A stretch of DNA of 62,680 bases, counting the filler, from Pirum gemmata (taxonomy: Eukaryota), in NCBI GenBank assembly GCA_002812295.1. It is 22 parts of 22 records of this genome, joined end to end, with 100 filler letters (N's around TTAATTAATTAA, not from the genome) between each part and the next. Parts side by side here need not be neighbours in the genome. Positions count along the whole stretch, not along the records: positions 10,537 to 15,009 come from PDIN01005441.1; positions 15,110 to 17,696 come from PDIN01005442.1; positions 17,797 to 20,192 come from PDIN01005443.1; positions 20,293 to 22,895 come from PDIN01005444.1; positions 22,996 to 25,592 come from PDIN01005445.1; 17 more parts are not named here. The stretch is one strand, 5' to 3'. Shown in pieces: positions 11,284 to 25,447 of the stretch. Both the position numbers and the translations under genes were made by a program. The notes beneath the pieces were generated by a model. The model saw only the letters and a list, made by a program, of their open reading frames with translations, did no database searches and had not been told where the DNA came from. Numbering within the stretch: the stretch's first letter is position 1; the number at the start of each line of letters is the position of its first letter.

Positions 11284-12879
11284 ATAACGTATACGTAATT
11301 AATTAAAATTGTATTTAATCCAGTGCCAATGATGTTATGGTTTGACAAGTTGATTATTATTTGTAATTATTTAGTATAACCAAGCCGGTTTTAGAATAGT
11401 AAAACCACTCTGCTATTTTATATGTTTTTTGAAAAACAAAATTATTATAATCTTTTTTTTTAAGTAAAAAAACAAATTTAATAAACTATATATTAATTAT
11501 AACGTCATAATAAATATATTATAAAAAATAAAACTATATTATCATATAATATATAAATATAACTTTTAAACTAAAGAAAGTAAAAAATATTACCTATATT
11601 ATTAATAGCTAATTTAGGTGTCGTAATGAAAGAAACTCTAAAAGGAAAAGTAACTTAAACCTAAACCAACTATAAAATAGATACTATAACTAAAATGAGA
11701 GTGAAGTTTAGTATCTAATCAACAATCATAAAATTAACAAGCAAGCTTTTAATTAAGCACACCAGTGCAATACAATTTGCGTTTAGTATTATAGCTAATC
11801 ATAAATAAAGTGCAATACTGGATTAGGGGTTTTAGGTTTGGTAGCTAATCAATATATACATTGAATAATTAAAGAACTAATTAATGTTTAGGTTCCACAA
11901 CTATTCATAAACAAGTAGTATTGTCAGATTGGGGACTCAAGGTAAATGACTAATCAATAACCAAATAATAAACTAGAATAAACTAATACTTAGATTTAGT
12001 TACTAATAGAAAACAAACAGAATTACTCTGTTTAGATACCAGGTTTCATAGAGAGCACAAAAAAATTAACAAATATTAATAATAAAAAAATGAAAGAATA
12101 TTAATGTATACGTAAAAAGGTAAAAAAAGTTATCAACTAGTCAAATCATAACAAATACATATAATTGGTGGGAGTGGTGGTGGTGATGTACATGGTAGTG
12201 GAGGTGATAGTGATGTACGTGGTGGTGGTGGTGGTGGTGGTGATGCACGTGTTGGTGGTGGTGGTGATGGTGATGATGGTGATAACCCTAACCTTTAATT
12301 ATTTTTTTTTACATGTTGAGCTTCGTGGAAATTTCAATATTATCATTTCGTATAATGAATTATAATCAAAATATTTTATTATTATTATTANNNNNNNNNN
12401 NNNNNNNNNNNNNNNNNNNNNNNNNNNNNNNNNNNNNNNNNNNNNNNNNNNNNNNNNNNNNNNAAAAACAAAAAAAAATAGTAAAAAATCAGCAAAAAAA
12501 AAAAAAAAAAAAGTTTTACTTTGACAAACTTTTCGGGAAATGAAAACGAATGACACGATCACCGGTTTGAACTTTTTTTTTTCCTTGGTAGTCTATATCT
12601 AGCTAGTTAGCTAGCTAGCTAGCTAGACACTATCTATGACTTTTTTTTTTGAAGTCCTTGTAATATGATATGTGTCATATCATAAAAAAAAGGAGCAGTA
12701 GACTAGCTAGTCTGGCTTAGCTATGATAGGAGTGGGCTAGCTAATAATAATATAAACTATAGATATGATAGCAGTTATAATAAATATATCGTAGTTGTTG
12801 TTTCAAAATACTTAGGTATAAGTTAAATTTGATTGTCATTTGGTTTTAGCTTGTTGTGCTTTTTATAATAATATCATAA

Positions 12880-13560
12880 TATACAATCTACGATAAGCAA
12901 TTGTATTGTTCTTTTGTTGCAGAAATATTGGTTTTTAAAACCTTTGTTCCTAGTATTATAGCGTTGTAGTCGTTGTTGTGGATATTGTTGGAGTTGTCCT
13001 CTACATTAGGATTTATTTATTTATAATTATATGTAATATTTTTTGATGTAGGTTATTCTACTAGTCTAGTCTTACAGGTTTGTCTATGTTCAAAGATTTT
13101 CAGTTTGACTTCTGGTGTAAATTCTTTGGAGCAGTATTGACATAGTTATTGACATTGTCAAGGTTGGGTTTTCGTCGTCCACAGTCCACTGTCTTGTTGG
13201 TTTTCTTTGGGTTAGTATATCCATATATGACTTTTTAGAATTTTTGGTTGTTTTTTTGTATTGATTCTTCTATTTTTAATTATCTCTTCCCATTCCTTTT
13301 GCTCTATATTCCAAAGATTGTTTACGTTGTTATCATCAAAGGTTTTTGTTTTGAGGTTTTCTTCTATGTTTTTTATACTACTGTTTGTCATAATCATTTG
13401 TAGATTCCAACTATTTGGAGGTGCACATGTTAACATTACTAGTGGTTTGGACCTTGAGCATATTTCTATTATTGTTTTTGTTGTTTCTTTTTTACATTAT
13501 ATCTTTATATTGTTGTTGTATTATTGGGTTAATGAAGTTAATTTGTTTTATATCGTAAAA
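12880..13560 (-). pseudogene. Possible degraded non-LTR retrotransposon ORF2 C-terminus
   Basis: Interrupted frames give ..KEWEEII...PKILKSHIW.. and CQYCSKEFTPEVKLKIFEHRQTC (C-x2-C...H-x3-C knuckle, 13142-13074); strongly A-rich minus strand. Confidence 0.35.
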
Positions 13561-14810
13561 TTCGTAGTTAATTAAACTTATTGTTGTTATTATTTTGATG
13601 GTTGTATGCTAGTTTTAATAATCGTTCTGTGTTGTTTTATTATATTGCGATCATATTTTGTAGGGTTTCTATTGTGTGAATCATGCATGTTGGTAATAAT
13701 TTATTGTTTTTTTTGTTGTTAATTAATAATGTTATGTATTGTGAGATTAATTTTGATTGTAGTTATGATGTGATTGGTTTGTGAGTAAGTTGTAGTTGCT
13801 GATAGCAATGTGACCAGCAAGTTTGGTTGTGATTGTTAAAAAAGATGTGTTGAGTTGACATTTTTTAAATGAGGTTGGCGTTTCTCCTATGTGTGATTTC
13901 TCCTATGTGAGTCATAAGAAAAAAAAAAAGAGAGAAAAACTACAACCTCTCAATAATTAAGTGCAATGCTTGTTCGAAAGGTTCATGTTCATGAAAGATA
14001 AGATAATTTCAAGTTGATTTGAAATAACTTTGGTTGCTGTTTTGGTTGTCGAGTTCAGAAGTTCTAGTCTAGACTCTAGAGTAGTTCTAGCTAGGCTTCT
14101 AGCTATCGAGTGATAGTACTAGTTAGCTACTAGCTAGCTAGTGTAGCCACTACTACTAGCTAGTAGACTAGCTAGCTAGCGCTAGCTAGAAGTCTATCGA
14201 TAGCTATTATCGACTATTATCGATATCAACTATGATATCAGATACTATCTCTGAGCTATCTATCGATAGCTAGCTAAGCTGCTAGCTAGCTAGCTCTCTC
14301 TAGCTAGACCAGCTGCTACCGACCGAGACTGCTACTATAGGATAGGAGCTCTTCCACAGATTTTACTGCGTTTACGTTGGTAAATTTTTTTCGGGAGTGT
14401 TTTTCGTCTATTATTTTTCGCATATTTTCGAACGATTTCTTTTTTTCGATTCAATAATAAATATTTATGTTTGATACAATAAATTNNNNNNNNNNNNNNN
14501 NNNNNNNNNNNNNNNNNNNNNNNNNNNNNNNNNNNNNNNNNNNNNTTTTTACTTTTTGATTGTTTTTATTTTTGTTTTTTTTATTTTTGCTTATCAGTAA
14601 CAGCTCAGTAACAGCAACAGTTAGTTGTTTTATTATTATTCTTGTTTTTTTTTATACATCATAGTCAGTCATGGTAAGGAGATGCTTATGTTTGAATAAA
14701 GAATGTTACAAATCAACTAGATATGTTACAATTCCACAAAGTAAGAGAACGTTATGGAGGTGTTACTGATTTCGATGATTACAATGATGATTGTGATAGT
14801 GATAATAATG

Positions 14811-14845
<35 letters not shown>

Positions 14846-14846
14846 G

Positions 14847-14878
<32 letters not shown>

Positions 14879-17388
14879 GATAATGATATTGGTAATAGTA
14901 ATGGTAATGATAATGATATTGATAATGGTAATGGTAATGATAATGGTGATGGCAATGGTAATGGTGACGGTGGTGGTGGTGGTGGTGATTACAGTATGGA
15001 CGTCGGCAANNNNNNNNNNNNNNNNNNNNNNNNNNNNNNNNNNNNNNNNNNNNTTAATTAATTAANNNNNNNNNNNNNNNNNNNNNNNNNNNNNNNNNNN
15101 NNNNNNNNNTATTAATACTAATTATTAATTATAATTATAATTATAATACTAATTTATAATATAGCTAATACTAATAATAATACTAATATTATGCTAATAT
15201 TATACTAATTATAATATTAATATTTTAATAACAATAACAGTATCGAAAACAATAACAATAACAATAACAATAACAATATTAATATCAATTTATAATAGCA
15301 ATAGCAATATTAATTAATATATATATATTATTATTAATAGCAATATTAATAGCAATATTAATTTGATAACAGTAACAATATTAATAACAATATTAATAAC
15401 AATTAATAACAATAACAATAACAATAACAATAACAATAACAATATATAACAATAAAACATTAAAACTTGTGAGGCATGTAAACGTGTTAGAAAACCGTGT
15501 GCTTTAAATGAAACGCGTTCCATTTACCTAAAGCCTGATACAAACTCTAACCCTCGACCTTAAGCCTAACCGTAGACCTACCCTTACATGCACATTTATA
15601 AAAAGAATCATATCGATATAATGCTATCACCGATAATTTTTTTTTAAAAAATAAAATATTAATAATAATAATTATTATTATAATATTATTCTTTTTTTTT
15701 GCTGTTATGCACCGTGATTCGTTCTTTTGCCTGTTTTCTTTTTTCAAGTTACACTGACTTTACACTGTTTCAAGCAGCTGGTTTCAAGAAAATTCAAGGT
15801 TTCAAGCAGCGGAATCAAAACTGGAATCAAGCTGTTTCTACTTTCAACCTACCGTGTGGCAAAACAAAGATTCGAAAAGTATTTACTATTTATTTACTAT
15901 GCTCGAAAATATGATAATTATTATTTATTATTAATCGAAATATGGGTAAAATAGAAAAATTTAATTTTCTTTTTCCACCATGTATGATACCAGTCAGCTA
16001 AAATTATAACCATAAAAAATGTGAAACGATATATTTTCAAGCTATAAAATTGGTTAGTTTATTTTTTTTAAAATATTTTTTTTGATTTTTTTTTTGGTTA
16101 TGGGGAGGGTTAGGAGGGTTAGCAGAGTTAGCAGGGAGGGTTAGGGTACTGTTAGGGTTAGGGTTAGGATCAGGATCAGGGTCTAGCTAGAGAGTTAGAG
16201 TAGTGTTAGTTAGTTTTTTAGAGTTAGGTAGTGTTAGGTGTATTGTTGGCAACTACTATCATAATTATGATAGTAGTAGTGTTATGGAGCTGTATTGGGT
16301 TCTTGGGTCTATCTAGCTAGGCTATTATTATTAAATAATTTTATTTATTGTGCTTATGCCGCTTATCATTTATTTTGTCACTCCGAATATTTATTTGTTT
16401 GTTTATAATATTTAAATTGATACTTTTAAATAACTGAAAAGCACGATATATAGTCTATGTTATCTTATCATGTGATATCAGTGATATCATAGATATCATA
16501 CTGAGGTTGATATCATAGATCTTTTTATACAAATTTTAAATAATATGATATTATAATAATATCATAATAATGATAACATAATAATAATTATTAATGTATG
16601 GTTAGGGCTTAGCTAGCTAGCTAGTAGCTAGCTATCATAGTAGTGGTTAGGTATAATTGTAGAATAGCTAGGGTATAATAGGTACTGGACTGGAGTGGTA
16701 GTCTAGTTAGTCTAGGTAGCATACTACTAGCTAGCTAGCTAGGTAAAAAAAAAAAAAAAAAAACATGATTGAGGGGTGATCCAACTTTTTTTGATTCACA
16801 GGTGGGGAAATTATTGGAAAACCCCGACTGGTTGTTATTGGGACAACGATATTTGGACTTTTATGTTGTATTTATAGACGGTCTTTCAAGGAGTTCAAGA
16901 AAAAAAAAAAAAACTTTTTTTTGAACTCCTTGGGTGGTTGGTTGAATACAATCGATCAAAGTTCTTGAAAAACTGATAAGAATATCATTGAATTACCCAA
17001 AATAAGTATATATACTTCTTAAAATAGAGATGTTGAATAGTGTTGAAAATAGCATGGTGTGTATAGAATGTGTTATTCAACTTATTCTAAATACACTATC
17101 ACAAAAAATTGTGACTTCACTTGTTTTTAGATATCAGATATATCAGGGTAGATATATCGAGATATATCAGAATCATTATTATTTTCTTTTTCTTTTTATA
17201 ATAATTTTTTTTTTTTAAGTATTCAAGAACCCCCAGAAAAAAAATATTACTAATAGTACTATAATAATTATTGTTATTGTTATTTGTCATATTATTATTA
17301 TTTATTTCACTATCATTATCATTATTATTATTATCATCATTATTATTATCATCATCATCATCATCATCATCTATTCATTTCAGGAATT

Positions 17389-17558
17389 ATGACTTTTAGT
17401 AATTTATTAAGAGGTATAAATTCAATTTCTCGAACTTCAAACAAAAGAGAAGCTTTTGTTCGTAACTTTAGTTCAGCAAAGAATAGATTAAGCAAACAAG
17501 ATTCCTTTGATTATGTTGTGGTTGGAGCTGGTTCAGCAGGCTGTGTTCTTGCTAATAG
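17389..17558 (+). CDS. First coding exon of a GMC oxidoreductase, choline dehydrogenase-like, with probable mitochondrial presequence
   Basis: MTFSNLLRGINSISR..RNFSS.. then FDYVVVGAGSAGCVLANR (GMC FAD-binding motif); GT donor at 17559. Confidence 0.82.
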
Positions 17559-17664
17559 GTATTTTATATTTAGGGTTTGGGTTTGGGTTTGGGTAGGGGT
17601 AGGGTTATTATAGGGGTAGGGTTATTTTTATCACTGTTTGCTACTGTCAATGTTATTTTGTTTA

Positions 17665-17696
<32 letters not shown>

Positions 17697-18848
17697 NNNN
17701 NNNNNNNNNNNNNNNNNNNNNNNNNNNNNNNNNNNNNNNNTTAATTAATTAANNNNNNNNNNNNNNNNNNNNNNNNNNNNNNNNNNNNNNNNNNNNCTTA
17801 TGACATCACAAATTTTCCGTGGGGTGCTATGAACCCACTCAGATAGAAAATGGTGTAAAGATTTTTTTTTGGTAGACTGAAAAATATTTAGATACAAAAC
17901 CTTTTATTTAGACACATCATGATTTTTCACTTTTTTTGTGTTTCGAGTGTTTCGAGCTGAACAGGAGCTGAACAGTGTGTTTTAGACTAGACTACGAATA
18001 ACTTTTGAACTAAACGAGCTATTGAAATGAAACTTTCACTTTTCTCATTTACTTTTTCGAAACGAATCCATTGATACCTACCAATGATACCAATAGACTT
18101 TAATTAACAACTCTTTAACCATACTTGAATTTAGGTCCCACAGTGGGATGTAATCCTGACCACGAAAAAAATTAATTAGTAGCTGTGACGAGTCTGTGAC
18201 GTCAAATTCAAGTATGGTTAAAAAAACTGAAAAAATCTATGCAAATAATGTCATTGCAAACCTTTAGGGAGTGTTCAAATAATACGTCACGTCAAGGGGT
18301 AGGTAGGTACGTGGTACTTGACCGTAATTAACGTCGAGGGGAAGGTAGGTAGGGGTATTTGAAGCTGTGTTTGACCGCCTCCCTTGTAATTGGCGATTTT
18401 CTCGGTGCTCTAAAAAAAAAAAAATTGTTCGCACCAACATACTCCAAATAATATGTCACGTCAAGGGGTAGGTAGGTAGGTAGTATTTGACCAGAAATTA
18501 AGGTCGATGGGTAGGTAGATAGGGGTATTTGAAGATGTGTTTGACCGGAAATTGGCGTTCCGTAGTATCCAGCCAACAGTAGCCAACTTTCATATAATAT
18601 TATTATTGTGCTTTTCAGTTATTTTGTCGTCATAAAATATACAATAAATAGTACCAAATTAATACAATATAAATCCATTTTATTAAATTTGGTAAATTTT
18701 ATTATATATTTATTTATTTAAAAGTATCAGTTTTAATATTATAAACAACCAAATAAATATTCGGGTAACAAAATAAATGAAAAGCACGATATCTGATATA
18801 CAAAAAATAGCACGCGCAATAATAATATGGGTAACAGTAACAGAGGAA

Positions 18849-19057
18849 GGGTGACACCCCTCCAATATGACTCTGAAATTTTTGTATTTATAGTAAAAGT
18901 AAACTTAATTAAGCTACTATATTCAAAAAAAGCAAATTATTTATTGCTTATTATGGTTTATAATTTACTTAATTGGGAAGCCGTAAATGCTGCGGGTTGC
19001 GGAATTAGTATCAATTTAAGGGGACATTTACTTATAGGACTCTTATAGGTGTCACCC
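18849..19057. mobile_element. Putative MITE, family G
   Basis: Inverted ends gggtgacacc / ggtgtcaccc; the same terminal motif recurs at ~19341. Confidence 0.4.
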
Positions 19058-19236
19058 CTCTTGATAATAGTCGAAATGTTAGCAGTAGTAATAGAAGTCG
19101 TAATATTAAAAGTAATAGAAAAAGTGGTAATAGTAGTAGTAGTAGTAGCAGTAGTAACAGGTAGGTAGTAGTAAGTACTAGCAGTAGTAGTAAGTACTAG
19201 TAGTAGTAGAAGTAGAAGTAGTAGTATGTATAGAAA

Positions 19237-19315
<79 letters not shown>

Positions 19316-20117
19316 TTTAATAGTAGTAATAGGAGAAGAGGGGTGACACCCACTATGAGTAACCGCTCAAGAGTTGGCCGGGCCAGGGATGTTAAATCAT
19401 GGACGACTCAAGAGTGGCCAAGGATGTTAAAAATCCGACCTTGTCTTTATTTTTGTATGATATCCATAAATAGTAATATGATAATTTTAAAAATTATTAT
19501 AGACTAAATGCTCTTTCAAGTTTCAAATTGTATTGAAAGTTGAAACTTTTTTAAAATTAATGCCGACTTTCTAATTTTTTTTTTTTCTGACTGATTTCTA
19601 TCTCTAGTGTAGTATTACAATAAACTCTGAAAGTTTGAACTAAAACGAAGCATTTCTTGAAAAATTAGTTTTCGAGAATAAGTGTTAAAAGTCGGATCGG
19701 GAATTAATCGGGCCAATAAGCATTTTTTTCTAACAACAAGTTATTACAGTGGTTATTATAGGCTTTAGAGGATTAGACAAAAAAAGCAAAAAAGCAAAAA
19801 AGGTAAAAGTTTTTTTCACTTTTTCAGAGGTTTTTTTTTTTCTGTTTTCACAAATGATGCCCTACCATTGGCCTACAACCCTAACTAAACATATAATAGT
19901 AAAATAGTAAAGGCAGCAGAGGAGTGTAGAGACAGGCGTAGCTAATAAGGTTAATATTAATAGCTATAGTAGTAGAGAAAGATAGTAGTTGAGATAGTTT
20001 TGAGACATTAAAGGTAGTAGAGTTAGTAGCAGTAACAGTAGAAGTAGCAGTAGTACAAGTAGAAACAGTGAAATTCGTAAAAGTAGTAATAGTGGTAGTG
20101 GTAGGTAGTGGTAGTAA

Positions 20118-20150
<33 letters not shown>

Positions 20151-20154
20151 CAGC

Positions 20155-20192
<38 letters not shown>

Positions 20193-20518
20193 NNNNNNNN
20201 NNNNNNNNNNNNNNNNNNNNNNNNNNNNNNNNNNNNTTAATTAATTAANNNNNNNNNNNNNNNNNNNNNNNNNNNNNNNNNNNNNNNNNNNNTAATAATA
20301 ATAATAATCAACTAATAATAATAATAATAATAATAATCAACTAATAATAATAATAATAATAATAACAGCTATGTATATATATATATTAATAGTAATATAC
20401 ATATTATATCAATAGTAGCAGTAGTAGTAGTAGTAGTAGTGTACTAGTAGTAGCTAGCCATATATAATGGTAGATGGTAGTAGTAGTACTATAGTAGTAG
20501 TAGTAGTAGTACTATAGC

Positions 20519-20563
<45 letters not shown>

Positions 20564-21520
20564 TTAGTAGTAACATTAATATTAGAAGTGCTACTGGTAG
20601 TAGTAGTAGTAGTGGTAGTAGTAATGGTGGTACCAACAGTAGTGTACCATATTATTATGTGCAAATTTAAAGAAAAGCAGAAAAAGAATAAAGAAAAAAA
20701 TAAAAACCCAAAATCTTTGTATTAATATTAATACGATATTCAAGTAGTAGTTTAGTAGTAACAGTATTAGAAGTACTATTAGTAATGGTAGTAGCAATGT
20801 AGTACAACTAGCTAGCGCTATACATACTAGAGGTGGTGGCAGTAGTAACAGCATTAGAATTACTAGTAGCAGCAGTAGTATTAATAGTAGTAGTAGGAAT
20901 GATGGTATTAATAGCAAGTAATACAACATATTAATATTATTATATACAAATTTTTAAAGAAAAGCAGAAAAAAAATAACGAAAAAAATAAAAACCCAAAA
21001 TCTTTGTACGATATTCAAATGGACCACTTCCAAAGGTAACAAAAACTAGCCGAAATTCCTTTTTTTTCTTTTTTTAATAATAATAATAATATATATATAA
21101 TAATATTAATGATAAGTTTAATTCTAGCGATGTGATAAGAAAACTTGATGAATATGATGATTTAATAAAGAAAAGTTGATGCATAATGATGAATGACCAA
21201 TATATTAAAGTATAATTATATTAAAATACATTATTATATTATTAATTAATAAAAGTATTATATATATTGTACAGCTAGCAACCCTAAAACTAACTCTAAC
21301 CCTAACCCTAACTCTAATCCTAACCTTTAACCCTAACCCTTAACCCTTAACCCTTAACCCTTAACAATAACCCTATAGCTAACACTCATGATCACTAAAC
21401 TTAGCCGTAACCGTAATCCTAGTCGATTGTAATACCAACGCTAACGCTACCCCCTTTAAGAACCCTAACCAGTTCCTAACCCTAACCCTAACCCTATATC
21501 CAAACCTAAAAGGAAAGACA

Positions 21521-21741
21521 GGAGATGAGGGAAAAACCATTGAATCGAGACTATTTCGAAACTTTCGAAATTTTCAATCTAATTTCAAGTATTGACTCAC
21601 TTTTGATTTCATTAAAAAATTCTTAGAAATTTCATAGAAAAAACTTGAAGCTCGAAAAAAAAAAGAATATCATTTCAAAATTGACACTATTTAATAATTA
21701 GGATCGAGCTGTTTGATTCGATTATACTTTCCCTTATCTCC
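21521..21741. mobile_element. MITE, family F (~220 bp)
   Basis: TIRs ggagatgagggaaa / tttcccttatctcc; copies at 39442-39701(-), ~46998-47172 and a partial at ~5602-5680. Confidence 0.78.
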
Positions 21742-23056
21742 CAAAAAAAGGAAAAAAAAACATGGATTTTATATTCACGATAATAATAATAATACCATGA
21801 TCATTATTATTTTAATTAAAAAATATTATCATATTTTTTTGACTATATATTATATTACTGTGTTTTTCAATAGTATTGGCCAGTTCAAAAACTGAAATAA
21901 ACGTACCAAATTATAAACTATCAGACATGTTTTAATTAATTTGGTATTTTATACTTAATGTTGTATTTTATAAAAAAGTTCAATTATACACTTAAACAGT
22001 ACCAAATTAAAGATTGAGGGGACAACTGTAATGAAATAGACGATANATACTGTTTGTTTTCTAGTTCAAAAACTGAAATAAAACATACCAAATTGTTATT
22101 ATGGTTAAACTATTGGACATTTTTTAATTAATTTGGTATTTTTTACTTAATGTTAAATTTTATAAAACAGTACAATTATATACTTAAAAAGTACCAAATT
22201 ATAGGGGGGGTGAGAACTCTTATGGCGAACATTTCTGTTTCTTTTTTTCAAAATTGTATTTAATTATTTGATATTTAAATCTTACCTTAAGCTTATTTAA
22301 TAATATTTTATTATTATTCGGTAAATTTTGATGTTGAATTAGAATAGTATCTACTCTTATTTCAGTTTCTGGATTACAAAGAAGAAATAATGACACAATT
22401 GCGCAAATAATACTAAAGATGGCCAATAAATTTCTATTATTTTTGTAAAATTTAATATTGATTTTGAATTTATTAATATTGTTCATTTTATTTAACATAT
22501 TATTTAATTCTTATATAATATATAATTATTTATTTAAAATTTTAATTTTGTTTGTTTGTTTGGTTTTTATTACAAATTAGTTTATTTTATTATTATTATT
22601 ATTATTATTGGTTAGTTTTGTTTTTTTGTTTGTTAAATTTTTTGTTTGCTTGTTTTCTCGTTTGGTTGGTTAGTTAGTTGGTTTTAATTTGTTTTGTTTA
22701 CTTTATTTGATTTTATTTATTTGTTGTTTGTTGTTTGTTTGTTTGTTTGTTTGTTCGCTTAAAATTATTTCCTTGTTGTATTTTGTTTGTATTAAATTCT
22801 ATATAATATAACGTTTTTTCCTTTATTACTATTTTAAAAAATTATTTTTTTCCAAAAAAAAATTAAAAAAGTTCATTATTATTAATATATTATTANNNNN
22901 NNNNNNNNNNNNNNNNNNNNNNNNNNNNNNNNNNNNNNNTTAATTAATTAANNNNNNNNNNNNNNNNNNNNNNNNNNNNNNNNNNNNNNNNNNNNTAATA
23001 ATAATAATATAATAATTCATTTCAAAAATGAATTTGACAAGCGAACCCTTCTGAAG

Positions 23057-24770
23057 TTTTAGTAATAAAAAAAATAAACACAAAAGTTTTATGATAATAT
23101 TAATTATCGTTCATCAATATAATAAAATGGTAAAAGCACAAGATGTAGAATTCGAAATGCTGCTGAGCACAAAACTTACTGCATTATATTCCAATATTAA
23201 TATTAACAACAACATTAATAAGAATGATAGTAAGAGCAAAGCCGCATGATATGAGTTCGTATTCTAAAACTTATTTTAATTAACACACGTACACTGCGAA
23301 AAGAAAACGAGCGATGCTAGCAACTTTCTTTCTACATATTATTACACCACGTTACCGAAAGATTTCTGTATTTCGTTAAATAAGTATAAGTAAAGCTAGG
23401 GTTAGGAGTGGTTAGGGTTAGGAGTGGTTAGTGTTCAGAGTGGTTAGGGTTAGGAGTGGTTAGGGTTAGGAGTGGTTAGGGTTAGGTGTGGTTAGGATTA
23501 GGGGTGGTTAGGGTTGGGAGTGGTAAGGGTTAGGAGTGGTTAGGGTTAGGAGTGGTTAGGGTTACGAGTGGTTAGGGTTACGAGCGGTTAGGGTTAGGAG
23601 TGGTTAGGGTTAGGAGTGGTTAGGGTTAGGAGTGGTTAGGGTTAGGAGGGGAGGAGTGGTTTTAGTAATAAAAAAAATAAACAGAAAAGTTTTATGATAA
23701 TATTAATTATCGTTCATCAATAATATATAATAAAATGGTAAAAGCACAAGATGTAGAGTTCGAAATGCTGCTGAGCACAAAACTTACTGCATTATATATA
23801 TTCCAATATTAATATTAACAACAACATTAATAAGAATGATAATACGAGCAAAGCCGCATGATATGAGTTGGTATTCTAAAACTTATTTTAATTACACACG
23901 TACGAGGGATGCTAGCAACTTTCTTTCCACATATTATTACACCACGTTACCGAAAGATTTCTGTAAAGCTAGGGTTAGGAGTGGTTAGGGTTAGAAGTGG
24001 TTAGGGTTAGAAGTGATTAGGGTTAGGAGTGGTTAGAGTTAGGTGTGGTTAGGGTTAGGTGTGGTTAGGAGTAGGAGTGGTTAGGGTTAGGAGTGGTAAG
24101 GGTTAGGAGTGGTTAGGGTTAGGAGTGGTTAGGGTTACGAGCGGTTAGGGTTAGGAGTGGTTAGGGTTAGGAGTGGTTAGGGTTAGGAGTGGTTAGGGTT
24201 AGGNNNNNNNNNNNNNNNNNNNNNNNNNNNNNNNNNNNNNNNNNNNNNNNNNNNNNNNNNNNNNNNNNNNNNNNNNNNNNNNNNNNNNNNNNNNNNNNNN
24301 NNNNNNGGTTAGGGTTAGGAGTGGTTAGGGTTAGGAGTGGTTAGGGTTAGGAGTGGTTAGGGTTAGGAGTGGTTAGGGTTAGGAGTGGTTAGGGTTAGGA
24401 GTGGTTAGGGTTAGGAGTAGTTAGGGTTAGGAGTGGTTAGGGAGTCGTTAGGGTTAGTACTGGTTAGGGTTAGGAGAGGTTAGATGAGGGGAACAAGGTT
24501 AGAGAGATATCTATATTTCGTTTAATAAGTACAAGTAACCTAGGGTGTGCGAGGTTAGGGTTAGGAGTGGTTAGGATTAGGAGAGGTTAAGGTTAGGAAT
24601 GATTAAGGTTAGGAGTGGTTAGGGTTAGGAGTGACTAAGGTTAGGAGTGGTTAGGGTTAGGAATGATTAGGGTTAGTACTGGTTAGGGTTAGGAGTTGTT
24701 AGGGTTAGGAGTGGTTAAGGTTAGGGTTAGGAGTGGTAAGGTTAGGAGTGGTTAGGGTTAGGAGTTTAGT
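23057..24770 (+). repeat. Tandem ~600-bp composite unit: ~340 bp complex sequence plus (GGTTAGGGTTAGGAGT)n array
   Basis: Complex block at 23057-23396 is repeated at 23660-23969; each is followed by a 16-mer telomere-like array. Confidence 0.9.
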
Positions 24771-24961
24771 ACTTGTTAGGGTATACATGATTACTACACA
24801 CCAGAAATTCATCATCCTAACCATAGGTACATTGTCAGTAAAATCTGGGACAACATCGCTCAATATCAGAAGAACCAGCATCACTATCAGTAGTATTGTA
24901 GTAATTAGAGCATTAGAAAATGTCATGTGTATGGGTATCAGTGGTATGGTAGTAACAAAAG

Positions 24962-25447
24962 CTATACATCAGAGCTTGTGTTCCCATCACTATCAGTATT
25001 AGTATAATTATTTTCCGGATTATATTCTAAACCATCGTATTCATAGGTTAGTACTATATCCTCAGTTTGAAGACAATCACAGCACGTCACCAAAATACCA
25101 ACATATGCATTGAATACTCTATACATTATTTGTATTGGTGTTGTTGAAAGCTTAATGCAACTTTTACAAATAGCACTTGAACAACGTAAACAAGTAACTG
25201 TTTGTTCCTCTTCCAAACAACAACCCATTACACCACAATGCAAACAAATAGGCAGCAACTCATCATTTATTCCTATCTCGATGTAACAGTAACTAGTTCG
25301 GCATTTGGTACAGGAAGTGCATTCCGATTTTAAATGTATCACGTTACATTCGTCACAGAAATTTGTTATAAATCTTCTGATATTTGAGGCAATGGCGCTG
25401 TTGCTAAATCGTATAGACAGTAAAACATTTATATCTTCCATGATTTC
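24962..25447 (-). CDS. Probable terminal exon of a Cys-rich (multi-CxxC) protein
   Basis: CDEC, CTSCTKC, CLHC, CLRC, CKSC, CCDC in ~160 aa; candidate tttttag acceptor near 25448; start weakly resembles the end of an F-box. Confidence 0.55.
   Translation of the reverse strand, partial: EIMEDINVLLSIRFSNSAIASNIRRFITNFCDECNVIHLKSECTSCTKCRTSYCYIEIGINDELLPICLHCGVMGCCLEEEQTVTCLRCSSAICKSCIKLSTTPIQIMYRVFNAYVGILVTCCDCLQTEDIVLTYEYDGLEYNPENNYTNTDSDGNTSSDV

Noticed and set aside
22220..22498. 92-aa minus-strand ORF
   Set aside because: Extremely AT-rich, K/N/I-biased, with no motif or splice support
23057..24770. CRISPR-like repeat-spacer array
   Set aside because: The intervening blocks are copies of each other, the repeats are tandem telomere variants, and the context is eukaryotic with no cas genes
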